Assembly (NCBI GenBank): GCA_965206845.1
Contig: OZ242221.1
Span: 832,001 to 896,000 of the forward strand
Source: Cenarchaeum sp.
GTDB taxonomy: Archaea > Thermoproteota > Nitrososphaeria > Nitrososphaerales > Nitrosopumilaceae
Reading direction: 5' to 3'
Length of the DNA stretch: 64,000 nucleotides
Shown piece by piece: positions 47,977 to 58,832 of the stretch (position 1 is its first letter; each line of letters begins with the position of its first letter). The notes below the pieces were generated by a model. It was given only the letters and a program-made list of their open reading frames with translations, was not told the DNA's origin and ran no database searches. A program made the translations under genes and the position numbers.

Positions 47977-49908
47977 ATGCAAAAAAGACAGCAAGAAGTA
48001 TCCAGCAGCCAATACATAATGGCAACCATACTAAAAAGTATACCCCGTGAGGCCGGCGTTACAAAGATCGAGTATGAGGGACCCCGGATTGCCCTGTACA
48101 CCAACTCGCCCAGGTTCCTGATGGAGAACAACAACATCATATCAAATCTGGTGAATGTGATCAAGAAGAGGATCATAGTCAGAACGGACGAGTCCATACG
48201 AAAGCCCGAGAGCGACGCGCTCAGAATACTAAGGGAGCACATGCCTCCGGATGCCAAGCTGGGGGGCGCCTTCTTTGATACCGCCACCGGCGAGGTCTCT
48301 CTGGAGGTGAAGAGGCCGTGGCTCCTGCAGAGGAATGTGAAGGAGTTTGATCACACCGAGATAACTGAAAAGATCGGGTGGGGGTTGCGCGTGCGCAAGG
48401 CCACCACAAACCCGTCTAGCACCATACGTGAGATCAGCTACAACCTCAAGGTATCATCAAACGAGCGCGGCAAGCAGCTGCGCCAGATAGGCGACGAGAT
48501 CTTCCGGCCCCGGCTGGCCCAGCGCACAGAGGTGTCGCTTCTCACGCTGGGCGGCTTTGGGCAGGTCGGACGCTCCTGCATGCTGCTGTCCACGCAGGAG
48601 AGCAAGGTTCTGATCGACTGCGGCGTCAATCCCGGAGCCCAGAACCCCGTGGACTCGTTCCCCCGGCTGGACTGGATAAACACCACCCTGGATGACCTGG
48701 ATGCCGTGGTGGTAGGGCATGCACACCTTGACCACACGGGATTTCTCCCCGTACTGTGCAAGTATGGATACAAGGGACCCATCTACTGTACAGAGCCCAC
48801 GCTGCCCATGATGAATCTGATTCAGCTTGACGCCATCAAGGTGGCATCGGCACAGGGAAAGACCCCCATGTATGCAGAGCGCGATGTGCGGCAGATCATG
48901 AGGCAGGCAATAACCCTGCCATACGGGAGCGTAACGGACATCTCTCCGGACATCAAGCTGGTTCTGGCAAATGCGGGACACATACTGGGCTCGGCCCTGT
49001 GCCACTTTCATATCGGCAACGGCGTTCACAACTTTGTGTACTCGGGGGACATCAAGTTTGCAAAGAGCATTCTGTTCGAGGCCGCCAACAGCAAGTTTCC
49101 CCGGGTCGAGACACTGCTGATAGAGAGTACCTACGGCGCCAAGGAGGACATCCAGCCGTCCAGGCAGGAGGTCGAGTCCACATTCATCAATGCGGTAAAC
49201 AAGACCCTGCACGACGGCGGCAAGGTGCTCATACCGATACCTGCGGTGGGCCGCGCCCAAGAGATCATGATGGTCATCGACAAGTACATGAAGCAGGGCC
49301 AGATAATCGAGGCGCCCGTATTCACCGAGGGGATGATATCTGAAGCGTCGGCAATCCACGAGGCGCATCCCGAGTATCTGGCGTGGGAGCTCCGGCAGAA
49401 GATACTGGAGACCGACGACAATCCGTTTGATTCGCAGTACTTTACCAATGTGGAGCACCCTGACGCGCGTGAGGAGGCACTGCGCGAGGACTCGCCGGGA
49501 ATTATTCTGGCCACATCTGGAATGCTGGAGGGGGGACCCGTACTGGAATACTTTAGGAATGTGGCGCCGGACAAGACCAACAAGATTCTGTTTGTGTCGT
49601 ACCAGGTAAACGGCACCATGGGCCGCCGTGTGCTGGACGGCGCCAGGCAGATCTCCCTCTTGGGAAGGGAGGGCAAGGTGGAGGCTGTCAACATCAACTG
49701 CGGAATAGAGAAGCTGGACGGCTTTAGCGGACACAGCGACTACAACCAGCTGATGTCGTTTGTGCAAAAGCTGCGTCCCAAGTTGAAGCGCGTGCTGGTA
49801 AATCACGGGGAGCGGAGAAAGTCAGAGAACTTGGCGCTAAACATACGGCGGATGTTCAAGGTTCCGGCACACTATCCACAGATTCAGGAAGCAATAAAGT
49901 TATTTTAG
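47977..49908 (+). CDS. fttA: Beta-CASP ribonuclease aCPSF1 (transcription termination factor FttA)
   Basis: N-terminal KH (EYEGP), LGGFGQVGRS, HAHLDH, AGHILGS, ESTYG, GFSGHSD, NHGE; adjacent to psmB. Confidence 0.95.
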   Translation: MQKRQQEVSSSQYIMATILKSIPREAGVTKIEYEGPRIALYTNSPRFLMENNNIISNLVNVIKKRIIVRTDESIRKPESDALRILREHMPPDAKLGGAFFDTATGEVSLEVKRPWLLQRNVKEFDHTEITEKIGWGLRVRKATTNPSSTIREISYNLKVSSNERGKQLRQIGDEIFRPRLAQRTEVSLLTLGGFGQVGRSCMLLSTQESKVLIDCGVNPGAQNPVDSFPRLDWINTTLDDLDAVVVGHAHLDHTGFLPVLCKYGYKGPIYCTEPTLPMMNLIQLDAIKVASAQGKTPMYAERDVRQIMRQAITLPYGSVTDISPDIKLVLANAGHILGSALCHFHIGNGVHNFVYSGDIKFAKSILFEAANSKFPRVETLLIESTYGAKEDIQPSRQEVESTFINAVNKTLHDGGKVLIPIPAVGRAQEIMMVIDKYMKQGQIIEAPVFTEGMISEASAIHEAHPEYLAWELRQKILETDDNPFDSQYFTNVEHPDAREEALREDSPGIILATSGMLEGGPVLEYFRNVAPDKTNKILFVSYQVNGTMGRRVLDGARQISLLGREGKVEAVNINCGIEKLDGFSGHSDYNQLMSFVQKLRPKLKRVLVNHGERRKSENLALNIRRMFKVPAHYPQIQEAIKLF

Positions 49909-50178
49909 ATCATACTCGGGCTTCCATATCTTTACGCCCGGAGGCACCACGACGATTCTCTCCTCGCCAAGCCTGGCAATGTCAGCTTCCGTGTTTTTTG
50001 CAATCAGGTATATCTCTTCCACCACGCCCCTGAGCTCGTCTATGTTTTTTTGCGCCAGCGGGGTAACCCTGAGTATCAGAATTATCTTCTTTTTGATGTC
50101 CTCCTTGATGTGGTGTATGTCGCTGGGATCCCGTATGGTGATGGCCTTCAGATACGTGGGGCCCTCATGCTTTTGCAT
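49900..50178 (-). CDS. sepF: SepF-like (DUF552) protein
   Basis: ILIL...PL....DEL, DIARLGEERIVVVPPGVKI. Confidence 0.75.
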   Translation of the reverse strand: MQKHEGPTYLKAITIRDPSDIHHIKEDIKKKIILILRVTPLAQKNIDELRGVVEEIYLIAKNTEADIARLGEERIVVVPPGVKIWKPEYDLK

Positions 50179-50281
50179 GTGTAGATATGGTGTCATACTT
50201 TTACAAAAACCTTCTTTGAAGTTCGGGGCTGCTGGCCGGATTCCGGCTTTGTGCGTTTTTTGCACCCTGCCAGGCGGGCGC

Positions 50282-51292
50282 CTATATTCTGAATTTCAGA
50301 TAGTCTGCCTCTGCGCATCTTTTGGCAGGTGTCTGCGACTGGTTGCCGTCGCGGCGCGTGTTGACCGCCACGCGTTTGTCTGCCGGGGCATCTGAGTATC
50401 TGACAGTCACAGATGCGGCAAAGTCAACATGCTGCAGACAGGTCTCCCCACGCAGCAGTGAGACAGGGCCCATAAAGTCTGCCACCTCCAGGGTTATGTC
50501 CCCGTCAAGCGCCAGTGCGCTGATCACGTTGTTCTCATCCATGCTTCTGCCCACTATCAGCTTTGTGTGCTGGTCAAGCCGGAAGTGCCTTCCAACCTTT
50601 AGCAGATCAGTGTCATTTATTGACGGCGTCTCCGTGTGGCCGAAGAGATCCTTTGCCCTCAGGCCAAAGGCGGGATCGGTCAGCAGGCATCCGCCGCCGG
50701 CATTTGGGGGGTCGACTATTCCAAACTCCCGCGCCATGTCCAGCTGCGCACGGCGGGTTCGTCCCCGTATCATTCCAAGATCCTCCCTGCTTATCAGTCC
50801 GCTCTTCTCCACGTCTGTGGGCGGCAACAGGCGTGCCGAGAGCGGGCGCAGTATCTTTCCCTCAAGTCCCGTCTCCTTCTCTATGGTCTTGAGCGCCTGT
50901 CTGTGCTGGCTCATGGGCCTCTGTCCCAGGACCTCGCCAGAGATGACAAACTCCGCGCCGATCTCCTTCATGTGCTTCTTTGCCGCCTCAAACATCATGG
51001 ATCTGCAGTCGATGCACGGGTTCATGCCGGCGCCTATCCCGTACTTGGGGTGTTTTAGCATCTCGATGTACTCATCTCCGAGGTAGACCGTCTTCAGGTT
51101 GACGTCCAGCTCGTCGGCCCTCTCCCTTATCTCAAAACCGCAGCCCCTGCCGCAGTCAAAATCACAGAACGGTGTCTTGATGGCCACCGCAGATACCTCA
51201 AAGCCCTGCTTCTGCATCATCCTTACCGCAAGCTGGCTGTCAAGTCCGCCCGACAACAGGGCAACTACCTTCTTCTTCTCCCCGTCTGGCAT
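50282..51292 (-). CDS. PP-loop tRNA thiouridylase-like protein (ThiI/MnmA-related)
   Basis: LLSGGLDS, NPCIDCR, GEVLGQRPMSQ, GGGCLLTD, GRHFR. Confidence 0.85.
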   Translation of the reverse strand: MPDGEKKKVVALLSGGLDSQLAVRMMQKQGFEVSAVAIKTPFCDFDCGRGCGFEIRERADELDVNLKTVYLGDEYIEMLKHPKYGIGAGMNPCIDCRSMMFEAAKKHMKEIGAEFVISGEVLGQRPMSQHRQALKTIEKETGLEGKILRPLSARLLPPTDVEKSGLISREDLGMIRGRTRRAQLDMAREFGIVDPPNAGGGCLLTDPAFGLRAKDLFGHTETPSINDTDLLKVGRHFRLDQHTKLIVGRSMDENNVISALALDGDITLEVADFMGPVSLLRGETCLQHVDFAASVTVRYSDAPADKRVAVNTRRDGNQSQTPAKRCAEADYLKFRI

Positions 51293-51462
51293 GATCCAGA
51301 AACCAGCCCTCTAGTATACATACTTTGAGGAGGTACAAGCCTGATCCGTGTTGAGCCGAAACGCGCGCCCACACGCCCGAGGAATCATATGTTCGAGTCC
51401 GCAGGATCAGGGCCCACAGGCCCCTCATCAGAAATAAATGTGGAACGCAAGGACTGTACGCC

Positions 51463-52527
51463 GTGAAACAGCGAAGGGATCGGCTTCTCCGGTTCGCAGA
51501 GGAGATGGGCTGCAACGCCGTAGCGACCTTGGAGCCGGAGAACCTGTTCTACATGACCGGATTCTGGGGGGAGGCAGTGGGACTGCTAGAGGATGGCGGC
51601 CGCACCACGATTGTTGCCCCCGCCCTCGAGGCCGAAAGGGCCAGAGCCGAATCGGTCGACTGTGACGTGGTCGAGTCCGGACGGGGAGCCGAGATGATGT
51701 CGTACCTCACATCCAGGATTAAATCCGGCAGGGTGTGCGTTGACTGCCAGAACTACCACACGATGCAGTCGATAAAGAGGTCGGCTCCGGGGGTGGAGCC
51801 GTCGTCAGAACCCTTTCACAGCGCAAGGGTCGTAAAGGATTCGGCGGAGATTGCCACTCTTAAAAAAGCGTCGGGGATTATAGACGAGATGTTTGAGCTG
51901 TGCACGCAGAAGATAGGCCGCGGCCAGAAGGAGTCGGAGCTTCAGGCGAACCTGATGTCATATGCCGTATCGCGCCAGATGTTTGATACCGGGTACAGGT
52001 CCACCCTGAACCCGCTGATCATTGCGGGCGGTCCCAACGGCGCGCTGCCCCACGCACAGGTCACAGGGAGAAGGTTTGCCGAGGGCGATCTGATTGTGGT
52101 GGATCTTACCCTCAGGTACCGGGGGTACGTCTCTGATGCCACCCGGACGTTTGCGCTGGGGAGGATCTCCGATGATGCGGCCCGAGCGTATGATGCGGTC
52201 AGGGAGTCCCAGAGGCTGGGGCTGGAGGCTGCCAGGCCCGGCGCACGATGCAGCGAGGTGGATGGCGCCTGCCGCGACCACATCAACGGGGCAGGGTACG
52301 GCAAGTACTTTATCCACTCAACGGGACACGGAATAGGGCTGGACGTTCATGAGCGGCCCACCATATCCGGCGGCAGCGCCGCCGAGCTTGCAGAGGGCAT
52401 GGCGGTCACAGTCGAGCCGGGGGTGTACATTCCCGGCAGATTCGGTATAAGAATTGAGGATTCCATAATAGTGGGGGAACGGCAGGCCGTCATGCACGGC
52501 TTTACCAAGGAGCTGGTCGTGCTATAG
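51463..52527 (+). CDS. Xaa-Pro peptidase (M24B)
   Basis: ALPH, VD......Y.SD.TRT, HSTGHGIGLDVHE, TVEPG.Y, RIED. Confidence 0.93.
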   Translation: MKQRRDRLLRFAEEMGCNAVATLEPENLFYMTGFWGEAVGLLEDGGRTTIVAPALEAERARAESVDCDVVESGRGAEMMSYLTSRIKSGRVCVDCQNYHTMQSIKRSAPGVEPSSEPFHSARVVKDSAEIATLKKASGIIDEMFELCTQKIGRGQKESELQANLMSYAVSRQMFDTGYRSTLNPLIIAGGPNGALPHAQVTGRRFAEGDLIVVDLTLRYRGYVSDATRTFALGRISDDAARAYDAVRESQRLGLEAARPGARCSEVDGACRDHINGAGYGKYFIHSTGHGIGLDVHERPTISGGSAAELAEGMAVTVEPGVYIPGRFGIRIEDSIIVGERQAVMHGFTKELVVL

Positions 52528-53352
52528 CCGCCTTGCGGTAAGCATCAGCACCTTCCACGGAAAGACAACCCTCCCGTCGCTCTCAAACCGCTTGACCCTT
52601 GCCGCCACGGCCCTTTTTATCTGCCTTCTCTTTCCTGCAGGGATCGAGTTAAGCTTTGCCCTGAGCGGTCCTGCCACATATCTGGTGTAGTTTCTCCAGT
52701 AGCAGTCCGCCGTCCCCGGGCTGTACTCAAAGATGCGCTCCCGGACTCTGATTCTGCCAAAGCCGGCACCGGTCACCACCGCCTTCAGGGCCTCCTCCGT
52801 CCCAAACCTGTCCATCTGCGGCGCCCCGGGAGGCAGATAGTCCGGAATGACCCGGATGATCTCGTCCAGGATGATCCTGTGGTACGGGACACTCTCTCCG
52901 GCGCCGTGCACCGTGACTGCCAGCGTGCCGCCCCTCTTCATCAGCCCCCTGATGTTTTGGAGGGCGCGCCCGGCATCCGGAAAGAAGAAGAGCGCAAACT
53001 GGCAGGTGACGACATCAAACTCCGCCTTAAGGCATGCGGTCTCTGCGTCGGCCACCACAAAATCCGCGCCGCTCCGTTTTTTTGCAATCCTGAGCGCCGA
53101 CAGGGAGGCGTCCAGGCCCACAGCCATGCCCCCCGGCCCGATGCCGCCACGCAGCATGTTGATCGCTGCACCTGTTCCGCATCCGACATCCAGGATCCGG
53201 CTGTCCTGTCCGATCTCCAGCATCTCTTGGAGCTCGCGCGTGCTCTGAAACGGCCCCACGCCGGGCCCCGCCCACCTCCTGTGGTATCTGGGCGCCAGCT
53301 CATTCCAGATGCCGATCAGCTGCTGCTTGTAGCGCACGTCCTGGCTAGGCAA
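52522..53352 (-). CDS. Class I SAM-dependent methyltransferase
   Basis: ILDVGCGTG, GLD, ADAE, FDVV.C. Confidence 0.88.
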   Translation of the reverse strand: MPSQDVRYKQQLIGIWNELAPRYHRRWAGPGVGPFQSTRELQEMLEIGQDSRILDVGCGTGAAINMLRGGIGPGGMAVGLDASLSALRIAKKRSGADFVVADAETACLKAEFDVVTCQFALFFFPDAGRALQNIRGLMKRGGTLAVTVHGAGESVPYHRIILDEIIRVIPDYLPPGAPQMDRFGTEEALKAVVTGAGFGRIRVRERIFEYSPGTADCYWRNYTRYVAGPLRAKLNSIPAGKRRQIKRAVAARVKRFESDGRVVFPWKVLMLTARRL

Positions 53353-54583
53353 TCCGCCGCTCTATCTCCCGCACTATAACGCCTGCTATCTCTTCCTTTG
53401 GCTTCCATCCAGAGGGGACGGCGGTATCAGAGTCAACTATTACCACCTCGTTGCATGCGGGATTCTGCCTGTACCTTTTGGTTCCTATGTCGTTTGCGAC
53501 CACAAAATCGGCCCCCGTCTCTGCGATCTTTCTTCTGGCCTCTGCCACCAGATCAGCTCTGGATACGCCAGCCTCGGCCTTGAATCCCACCAGAAGGGCA
53601 TCCCTCTGCAGGGCCCTTACCTGGTTGATCATCTTGGGCACCCTCCTCAGGGATATCTGCATGTCGGACTCTGAGCTCTTGATCTTTTTGCCGCTGGGGT
53701 TTTTGGGGGTATAGTCGGCAGCGGCCGCCGCCATTATTACAACATCAAACTTCTTCCCCAGCTCCCCCCCAAGCGCGTCTGCCATCTCCTGCGTCGTCCT
53801 GACTGGGATCACCCGGATCCCGGCCGGCGGGCTCTGGGATCCCGGGCCGTAGATCATGGTAACGCTGGCGCCAGCCGATACCAGCTCCCGGGCCACTGAT
53901 ACCCCGGTTCTGCCCGAGCTGGTATTGGTGATGACGCGCACGGGATCGATGTGTTCGACGGTGGGCCCAGCCGTCATGAGCACCCTCTTACCGGCAAGCA
54001 CGCCAGAGCGCCCAAACTTGCGCAGGACAAAGTCCAGCACGCCCTCGGGCTCCGGGGCCTTTGCCTTCCCCTCTGTCACGTTTGGCGATACAAAGGACAC
54101 CTCGTCCTTGAGAAAGAGGATGTTTCGCTTGACTGCCGCATTCTCATACATTGCCTCGTGCATCGCCAGGCACATTATGATCGGAATCTTTGCCCCAAGG
54201 CCCACCGTCAGAACCGCGGAGACCGGCGTGTCATCTATGCCGTTTGCCAGCTTGCCCAGCGTGTTTGCCGTTGCCGGATACACCACTATGGCGTCTGACC
54301 GCCCGTAGTCTGCCAGCTGCACATGCTCCAACTTGCCTGTGAGCTTTGTAACCACACCGTTTCCCGTAGCCCACTCAAAGTAGTCTGGCCGGATCAGGCT
54401 GGTTGCGGCCGGGCTTGCCACACAGGTGACATCGGCCCCGTGTCTCATAAGGAGCCTTGCCAGCTCGATGGCCTTGTAGGCGGCCACGCTTCCTGCCACG
54501 CATAGGACGATCCTTTTGCCTGCAAGCTCCGTGCCATGGGAACCCACAATGTCAAGAGACGGATGATCCCTTCCGGTCTTCAA
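53345..54583 (-). CDS. coaBC: Phosphopantothenoylcysteine decarboxylase/synthetase
   Basis: GSVAAYK, PATANT..K.A.GI.D, TAGPT.E.IDPVR, GFKAE, VAND. Confidence 0.95.
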   Translation of the reverse strand: MKTGRDHPSLDIVGSHGTELAGKRIVLCVAGSVAAYKAIELARLLMRHGADVTCVASPAATSLIRPDYFEWATGNGVVTKLTGKLEHVQLADYGRSDAIVVYPATANTLGKLANGIDDTPVSAVLTVGLGAKIPIIMCLAMHEAMYENAAVKRNILFLKDEVSFVSPNVTEGKAKAPEPEGVLDFVLRKFGRSGVLAGKRVLMTAGPTVEHIDPVRVITNTSSGRTGVSVARELVSAGASVTMIYGPGSQSPPAGIRVIPVRTTQEMADALGGELGKKFDVVIMAAAAADYTPKNPSGKKIKSSESDMQISLRRVPKMINQVRALQRDALLVGFKAEAGVSRADLVAEARRKIAETGADFVVANDIGTKRYRQNPACNEVVIVDSDTAVPSGWKPKEEIAGVIVREIERRIA

Positions 54584-55391
54584 ACTCGATCCCCTTCAAG
54601 AATTCCTTGGGTGTATCCGCGCTGCGCGCGGGGAATCTGGACTCCTTGACGTCGCAGACGTACTCCCTTACGGCATCACCGATCTCCTTGGACAGATTGC
54701 GATACCTCTTCACAAAGCTGAACTGCAGCTCATACATGCCGAGCATGTCCTGGATCACCAGCACCTGCCCGCTGCAGCCGGGACCGGAGCCGATCCCGAT
54801 GGTGGGGATGTTCGCCACATCCCTGGTAATCACCTCTGCCACATCATGCGAGACCATCTCAAGCACTATGCAGAAGGCGCCTGCCTGCTCCAGACTTCGG
54901 GCATCGCGGATCAGTCTTGCCGCAGACTCCTTTGTCCTTCCCTGCACCCTGTAACCCTGCGAGAGTGTGGTGGTCTGGGGCTGCAGTCCTATGTGTCCCA
55001 TTACAGGTATCCCCACACCCACTATGGATGATATGGTGTCTGCCATCTCGGAGCCGCCCTCCAGCTTTACCGCATCTGCTCCTGCCTTGATCAGTCTTCC
55101 GGAGTTTGCTATCGCGTCTGTTATGCTTGCCTGGTACGACATGAATGGGAGATCCGCTACTACCAGGGCGTCCCTTCTTGCGCGGCTTACCGCGGAGGTA
55201 AACAGACACATCTGGTCCATCGTAACGGGGATGGTGCTTTGATACCCCATCATCACCATCCCGGCGCTGTCACCCACCAGAAGCACGTCAATCCCGGCGC
55301 CGTCACAGAGGCGGGCCGTGGTGTAGTCGTAGCTGGTCAGCATGGTGATCTTCTCCTTCATCTTCAGTATGTCTGCCACCGTCTTATGCAA
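54552..55391 (-). CDS. panB: 3-methyl-2-oxobutanoate hydroxymethyltransferase
   Basis: MLTSYD, LLVGDS, DLPF.SY, AVKLEGG, GHIGL.PQ, GIGSG..C.GQVLV. Confidence 0.95.
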   Translation of the reverse strand: MHKTVADILKMKEKITMLTSYDYTTARLCDGAGIDVLLVGDSAGMVMMGYQSTIPVTMDQMCLFTSAVSRARRDALVVADLPFMSYQASITDAIANSGRLIKAGADAVKLEGGSEMADTISSIVGVGIPVMGHIGLQPQTTTLSQGYRVQGRTKESAARLIRDARSLEQAGAFCIVLEMVSHDVAEVITRDVANIPTIGIGSGPGCSGQVLVIQDMLGMYELQFSFVKRYRNLSKEIGDAVREYVCDVKESRFPARSADTPKEFLKGIEFEDRKGSSVS

Positions 55392-56148
55392 GACGGGCCC
55401 TCTCCCTCAGGTTGCTCTCCATATGTAACATAGCCTCAGAGAGCACCCGGCCATTGTCGTAGTCCCGTAGGATTCCCTCCAGCGACAGCCGATCCGCAGC
55501 CGAGAGATCCCGGCAGCGGTCTGCCAGGAGTCCCATTGCCCGTACCACGTTGTCCACTATTGTGATGTCCGCATCGCCGGCGGTTCTAGAGAACGGGTTG
55601 AGATCAAAGGCGACAACGGTCTTGCCTGCCGCCTTCAGGGCCCGGGTTCGGTCCCCATCCTCCAGCGGCACCACCACCAGATCCGCAGCCAGGATACCGC
55701 CCGTGTCGGCCACCCTCCGGGCCGAGTCGATGCCGGGAAGGCTTCCCCGTGACGCAGGATCAAGCCCCAGCACCGTGTCAGAGCCGCACTCCTTTAGCAC
55801 CCGCGCGATGCTTCTCCTCCTCTCCTCGGAGGCATAAAACAGATTCACCTCGATCATCGAGCCTGATGACCGGGCAAGCCGCAGCATCTCCTGCGGGCAC
55901 AGGGCCGCCGTGTTTCCGTTGACCGAGATCACCGGCGAGGCCGCAAGAAGCATTGCCGCAGCCGCCGCCCGTATCGCCCGCCTCGCAAACCCCGCGGTCT
56001 GCTCCCCCAGAAGGTAGTCAAATGCCTCGCCCCGGCCGTGGGCCAGGAGTCCCTCCCTAGCGACCAGGCCGGCGCTGTATCCGTCCACCAGCAGCTCCCT
56101 TATCCGCAGGGACTCCGCCCGCGGGTGACTTGCAGGCACCACGGACAA
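55384..56148 (-). CDS. 4-phosphopantoate--beta-alanine ligase (phosphopantothenate synthetase)
   Basis: HPRAESL..RE, AHGRGEAFDYLLGE, SVNGN, VPLEDGDR, DLNP.SRT. Confidence 0.93.
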   Translation of the reverse strand: MSVVPASHPRAESLRIRELLVDGYSAGLVAREGLLAHGRGEAFDYLLGEQTAGFARRAIRAAAAAMLLAASPVISVNGNTAALCPQEMLRLARSSGSMIEVNLFYASEERRRSIARVLKECGSDTVLGLDPASRGSLPGIDSARRVADTGGILAADLVVVPLEDGDRTRALKAAGKTVVAFDLNPFSRTAGDADITIVDNVVRAMGLLADRCRDLSAADRLSLEGILRDYDNGRVLSEAMLHMESNLRERARLA

Positions 56149-56151
56149 GTA

Positions 56152-57060
56152 TCACGCACCCCCCGGCTCTCTTAATCTGGCCCCGGAGTTGTCCACCCCG
56201 GATCGGATGATTATGGCATCCCCGTACCCCCGGAGCACGTCCAGAACCTTCTGCTCCGTCTCCGAATCAACCAGCGCGAATATGGTCTCCCCAAACAGCG
56301 CCACGCCGCAGCCGATTCCGTTCCGGCGCAGCTCATCTGACACGGACTCCATCCTGGGTGTCATCACGTTGATGTGTCTTGCAAACTCCATTGACATGTC
56401 CTGAAAGTCGGCGCGATCCCGGGTTCTGATCAGCCGATCCACCATCCTGCCGCCAAGACCGTTTATCGTCTCAAGTTTCTCCGCGATGAACCGCCTTGTG
56501 GAGATGGGCGAGAAGCAGATCAGGACGACGCGGGAGTCAAGAACCGTCTTCTTCAGCGCTCCAACCCCAGGGGCACCTGCCCTTGTCCTGATCTCAAACC
56601 CCCCGTGGTACGAGGCAATCACGTCCCCCAGTCCCGTCCTACAGCGGACTTCGGCGCCGTGGGCAATCTTGCCCACATCCTCCCTTGGCAGATTCAGGCC
56701 CAGCGCCTTGTTTAGCGCAAAAGCAAGCGACAGCGCGGCGGCCCCGCTGGAGCCAAGCCCGTATCCTACGGGAACGGAGATCTCATGGTGTATGAACGCG
56801 CGATATCCCCGGCGGCAGCGCTCAAGAAGAGCCCTTGCCACAAACTCTGATACCCCGGTGTCGCCCGACCTGTACCCTCCGGTGGTAATCACAAACTCCG
56901 GAGCTGGCGCTGGTTCCACCCTTACCGTAGTGGTGACCCCGTCCTGAATCGAGAATCCTGCACCTAGGGTTCCAGCTCTGTCCGGCTCCGCGTCACACCC
57001 ATCCACGGCCGCTTTGAAGAAACCGGTAATGTGCGCGGGGCAAAAGGCTACGGTTTTCAT
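56152..57060 (-). CDS. Pantoate kinase (GHMP family)
   Basis: F.PAHITGFF, PVGYGLGSSGA, AH.AEV...TGLGDV, R...GAPG. Confidence 0.93.
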   Translation of the reverse strand: MKTVAFCPAHITGFFKAAVDGCDAEPDRAGTLGAGFSIQDGVTTTVRVEPAPAPEFVITTGGYRSGDTGVSEFVARALLERCRRGYRAFIHHEISVPVGYGLGSSGAAALSLAFALNKALGLNLPREDVGKIAHGAEVRCRTGLGDVIASYHGGFEIRTRAGAPGVGALKKTVLDSRVVLICFSPISTRRFIAEKLETINGLGGRMVDRLIRTRDRADFQDMSMEFARHINVMTPRMESVSDELRRNGIGCGVALFGETIFALVDSETEQKVLDVLRGYGDAIIIRSGVDNSGARLREPGGA

Positions 57061-57123
57061 CTGCCTATTTAAATTCAGAGAAAAATATAAAAATATGGCT
57101 TAAATAATTTAAAGAAGTTTAAA
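57061..57123. promoter_or_regulatory. AT-rich divergent promoter region (CoA operon / PhoU-like gene)
   Basis: Several TATA-like tracts in a 63-bp gap, including the palindrome TTAAATAATTTAA. Confidence 0.5.
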
Positions 57124-58110
57124 TTGACTAAATACACCAGGCGCCTTCAGAGAATAGGAAACAGCATCCTAGTCTCCCTCCCCAAACAGTGGATCGATGA
57201 AAACGAGCTGGCAAAGGGCGACGAGGTGCAGATCGAGGTCGGCCAGAACACCCTCACCATCACGATCGGCAACGAGATGCGCCCGACAAAGGATGTGACC
57301 ATATCCTATCCGCTGCCAGAGGAGGAGAATATAGTGGCCAATATCACGGGGGCCTATCTTCTGGGGTATGACCTGATCCATATCAGGCGCGTCAAGTCCA
57401 TTCCGATACAGGACAGGCAGAACATAAGGGACTCGATCAGGAAGCTGGTGGGAATGGAGATAGTCGAGGAGGAGGCATCCACCATCTCCGCCCAATTCCT
57501 GCTGGACGCGGCCACGCTGAATCCCCAAAGGATACTCAAGAGGATGAGCGCCATAGTTCTCGGGATGTTTGGTGATGTGCTGGACGCGCTCGTCTCCAAG
57601 GACCGGAGCAACCTGCAGACCCTCTCCAGCAGGGACGATGAGGTCAACAGGCAGTACTTTCTGCTGGTGCGGCTTATTCGAAACGCAATCACCGATAAGA
57701 GGCTTGCCAATGCGTTCAACCTGGAGAACATCAATGTGATGGATTACCGCATAGCCGCAAACATACTGGAAGGAACGGGCGACACGATAGTGGAGCTGGC
57801 AGGCGCACTTCTGAAGACATCCGTCGGGAGCGACGAGCTTGGGAGGATCCACGCAGTGGTAAGGGGCCTTCCGCAGATAGAGGAGTGGGCCATAGAAGCG
57901 TTTGTGAACAACGACAGGAGGCGGGCCATAGAAGCCATTACGCTCCATAAGAGAAGCCAGGACAGGATAACCGCCATGAGAAACTCGCTGCAGGATGGGA
58001 GCCAGGTACCGATCGACTTTCTTGACATACTCTACATGTTTGACAGGGTGGAGAGATCCTGGGCGGACATTGCGGATCTGGTCAAGCCGGTCTACGGCAG
58101 GTCAGACTAG
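57124..58110 (+). CDS. AbrB-N-terminal PhoU-family regulator
   Basis: RRLQ.IG.S..VSLPK.W (AbrB fold); YLLGYD; RDDEVNR.Y; ER....I. Confidence 0.88.
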   Translation: MTKYTRRLQRIGNSILVSLPKQWIDENELAKGDEVQIEVGQNTLTITIGNEMRPTKDVTISYPLPEEENIVANITGAYLLGYDLIHIRRVKSIPIQDRQNIRDSIRKLVGMEIVEEEASTISAQFLLDAATLNPQRILKRMSAIVLGMFGDVLDALVSKDRSNLQTLSSRDDEVNRQYFLLVRLIRNAITDKRLANAFNLENINVMDYRIAANILEGTGDTIVELAGALLKTSVGSDELGRIHAVVRGLPQIEEWAIEAFVNNDRRRAIEAITLHKRSQDRITAMRNSLQDGSQVPIDFLDILYMFDRVERSWADIADLVKPVYGRSD

Positions 58111-58614
58111 CCCGTTCTTTGCCGCGTATACCATGACGGCGCATATGGTCTTTGAGTCCTGTATCTTTCCCTGTGTGATCATCCCGATGAGCTCCCCGAT
58201 ATCCATCTTTACCACCGTGATGAACTCGTCGTCGCCGGGATCCGCCTCGGCCACCTTCTTGAGGCCGGAGGCCACATAGCAGTGGATCAGCTCGGTGCTG
58301 TATCCTATGGAGGGATAGTATGAGAGCAGCGGGATCATCTCCTTTGCTCGGTATCCGGTCTCCTCGACCATCTCCCGGTGCGCGCACTCGACGGGATCTT
58401 CGCCGCGCTCTATGGTGCCTGCAGGAATCTCCAGCACGTATCCGTGCGGGTACCTGTGCTGCCTCACCAGGACCACCCTGCCGTTCTCATCAAATCCCAG
58501 CATGGCGGCAGCCCCACCATGCTCCACCATCTCCCGAACCGTGCTTCTTCCCTCTATCTTGACATGGTGTTTGCTGAGGCTCAGTATCTTTCCAGAGTAA
58601 ATCTCCTCCCTCAT
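58102..58614 (-). CDS. NUDIX hydrolase (ADP-ribose pyrophosphatase-like)
   Basis: EIPAG.IE.GE....A.RE..EETGY; D.KT. Confidence 0.92.
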   Translation of the reverse strand: MREEIYSGKILSLSKHHVKIEGRSTVREMVEHGGAAAMLGFDENGRVVLVRQHRYPHGYVLEIPAGTIERGEDPVECAHREMVEETGYRAKEMIPLLSYYPSIGYSTELIHCYVASGLKKVAEADPGDDEFITVVKMDIGELIGMITQGKIQDSKTICAVMVYAAKNGLV

Positions 58615-58832
58615 GTACCTGTACAGGGTGTGCGCTGGTGTTTTATTGGTTTGGCCGGGCCGGAGGTTCTAGCTGCCCGCCCGCCGCGCGTCATCACACA
58701 TTTTAAGACGGTGCCATAACTATGCACATGGCAGAGCCATGTTCCTGCAAGTGTCATTTTGGCGGGGCGGTAAGCTGTCCCGGCTGCAAGGCAGAGCATG
58801 ACGGGGCCTTCAGGTGCGAGCACTGCAAGTAG

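Noticed and set aside
52522-57060. CoA biosynthesis cluster as a novelty
   Set aside because: The pok-pps-panB-coaBC set is the established archaeal pathway
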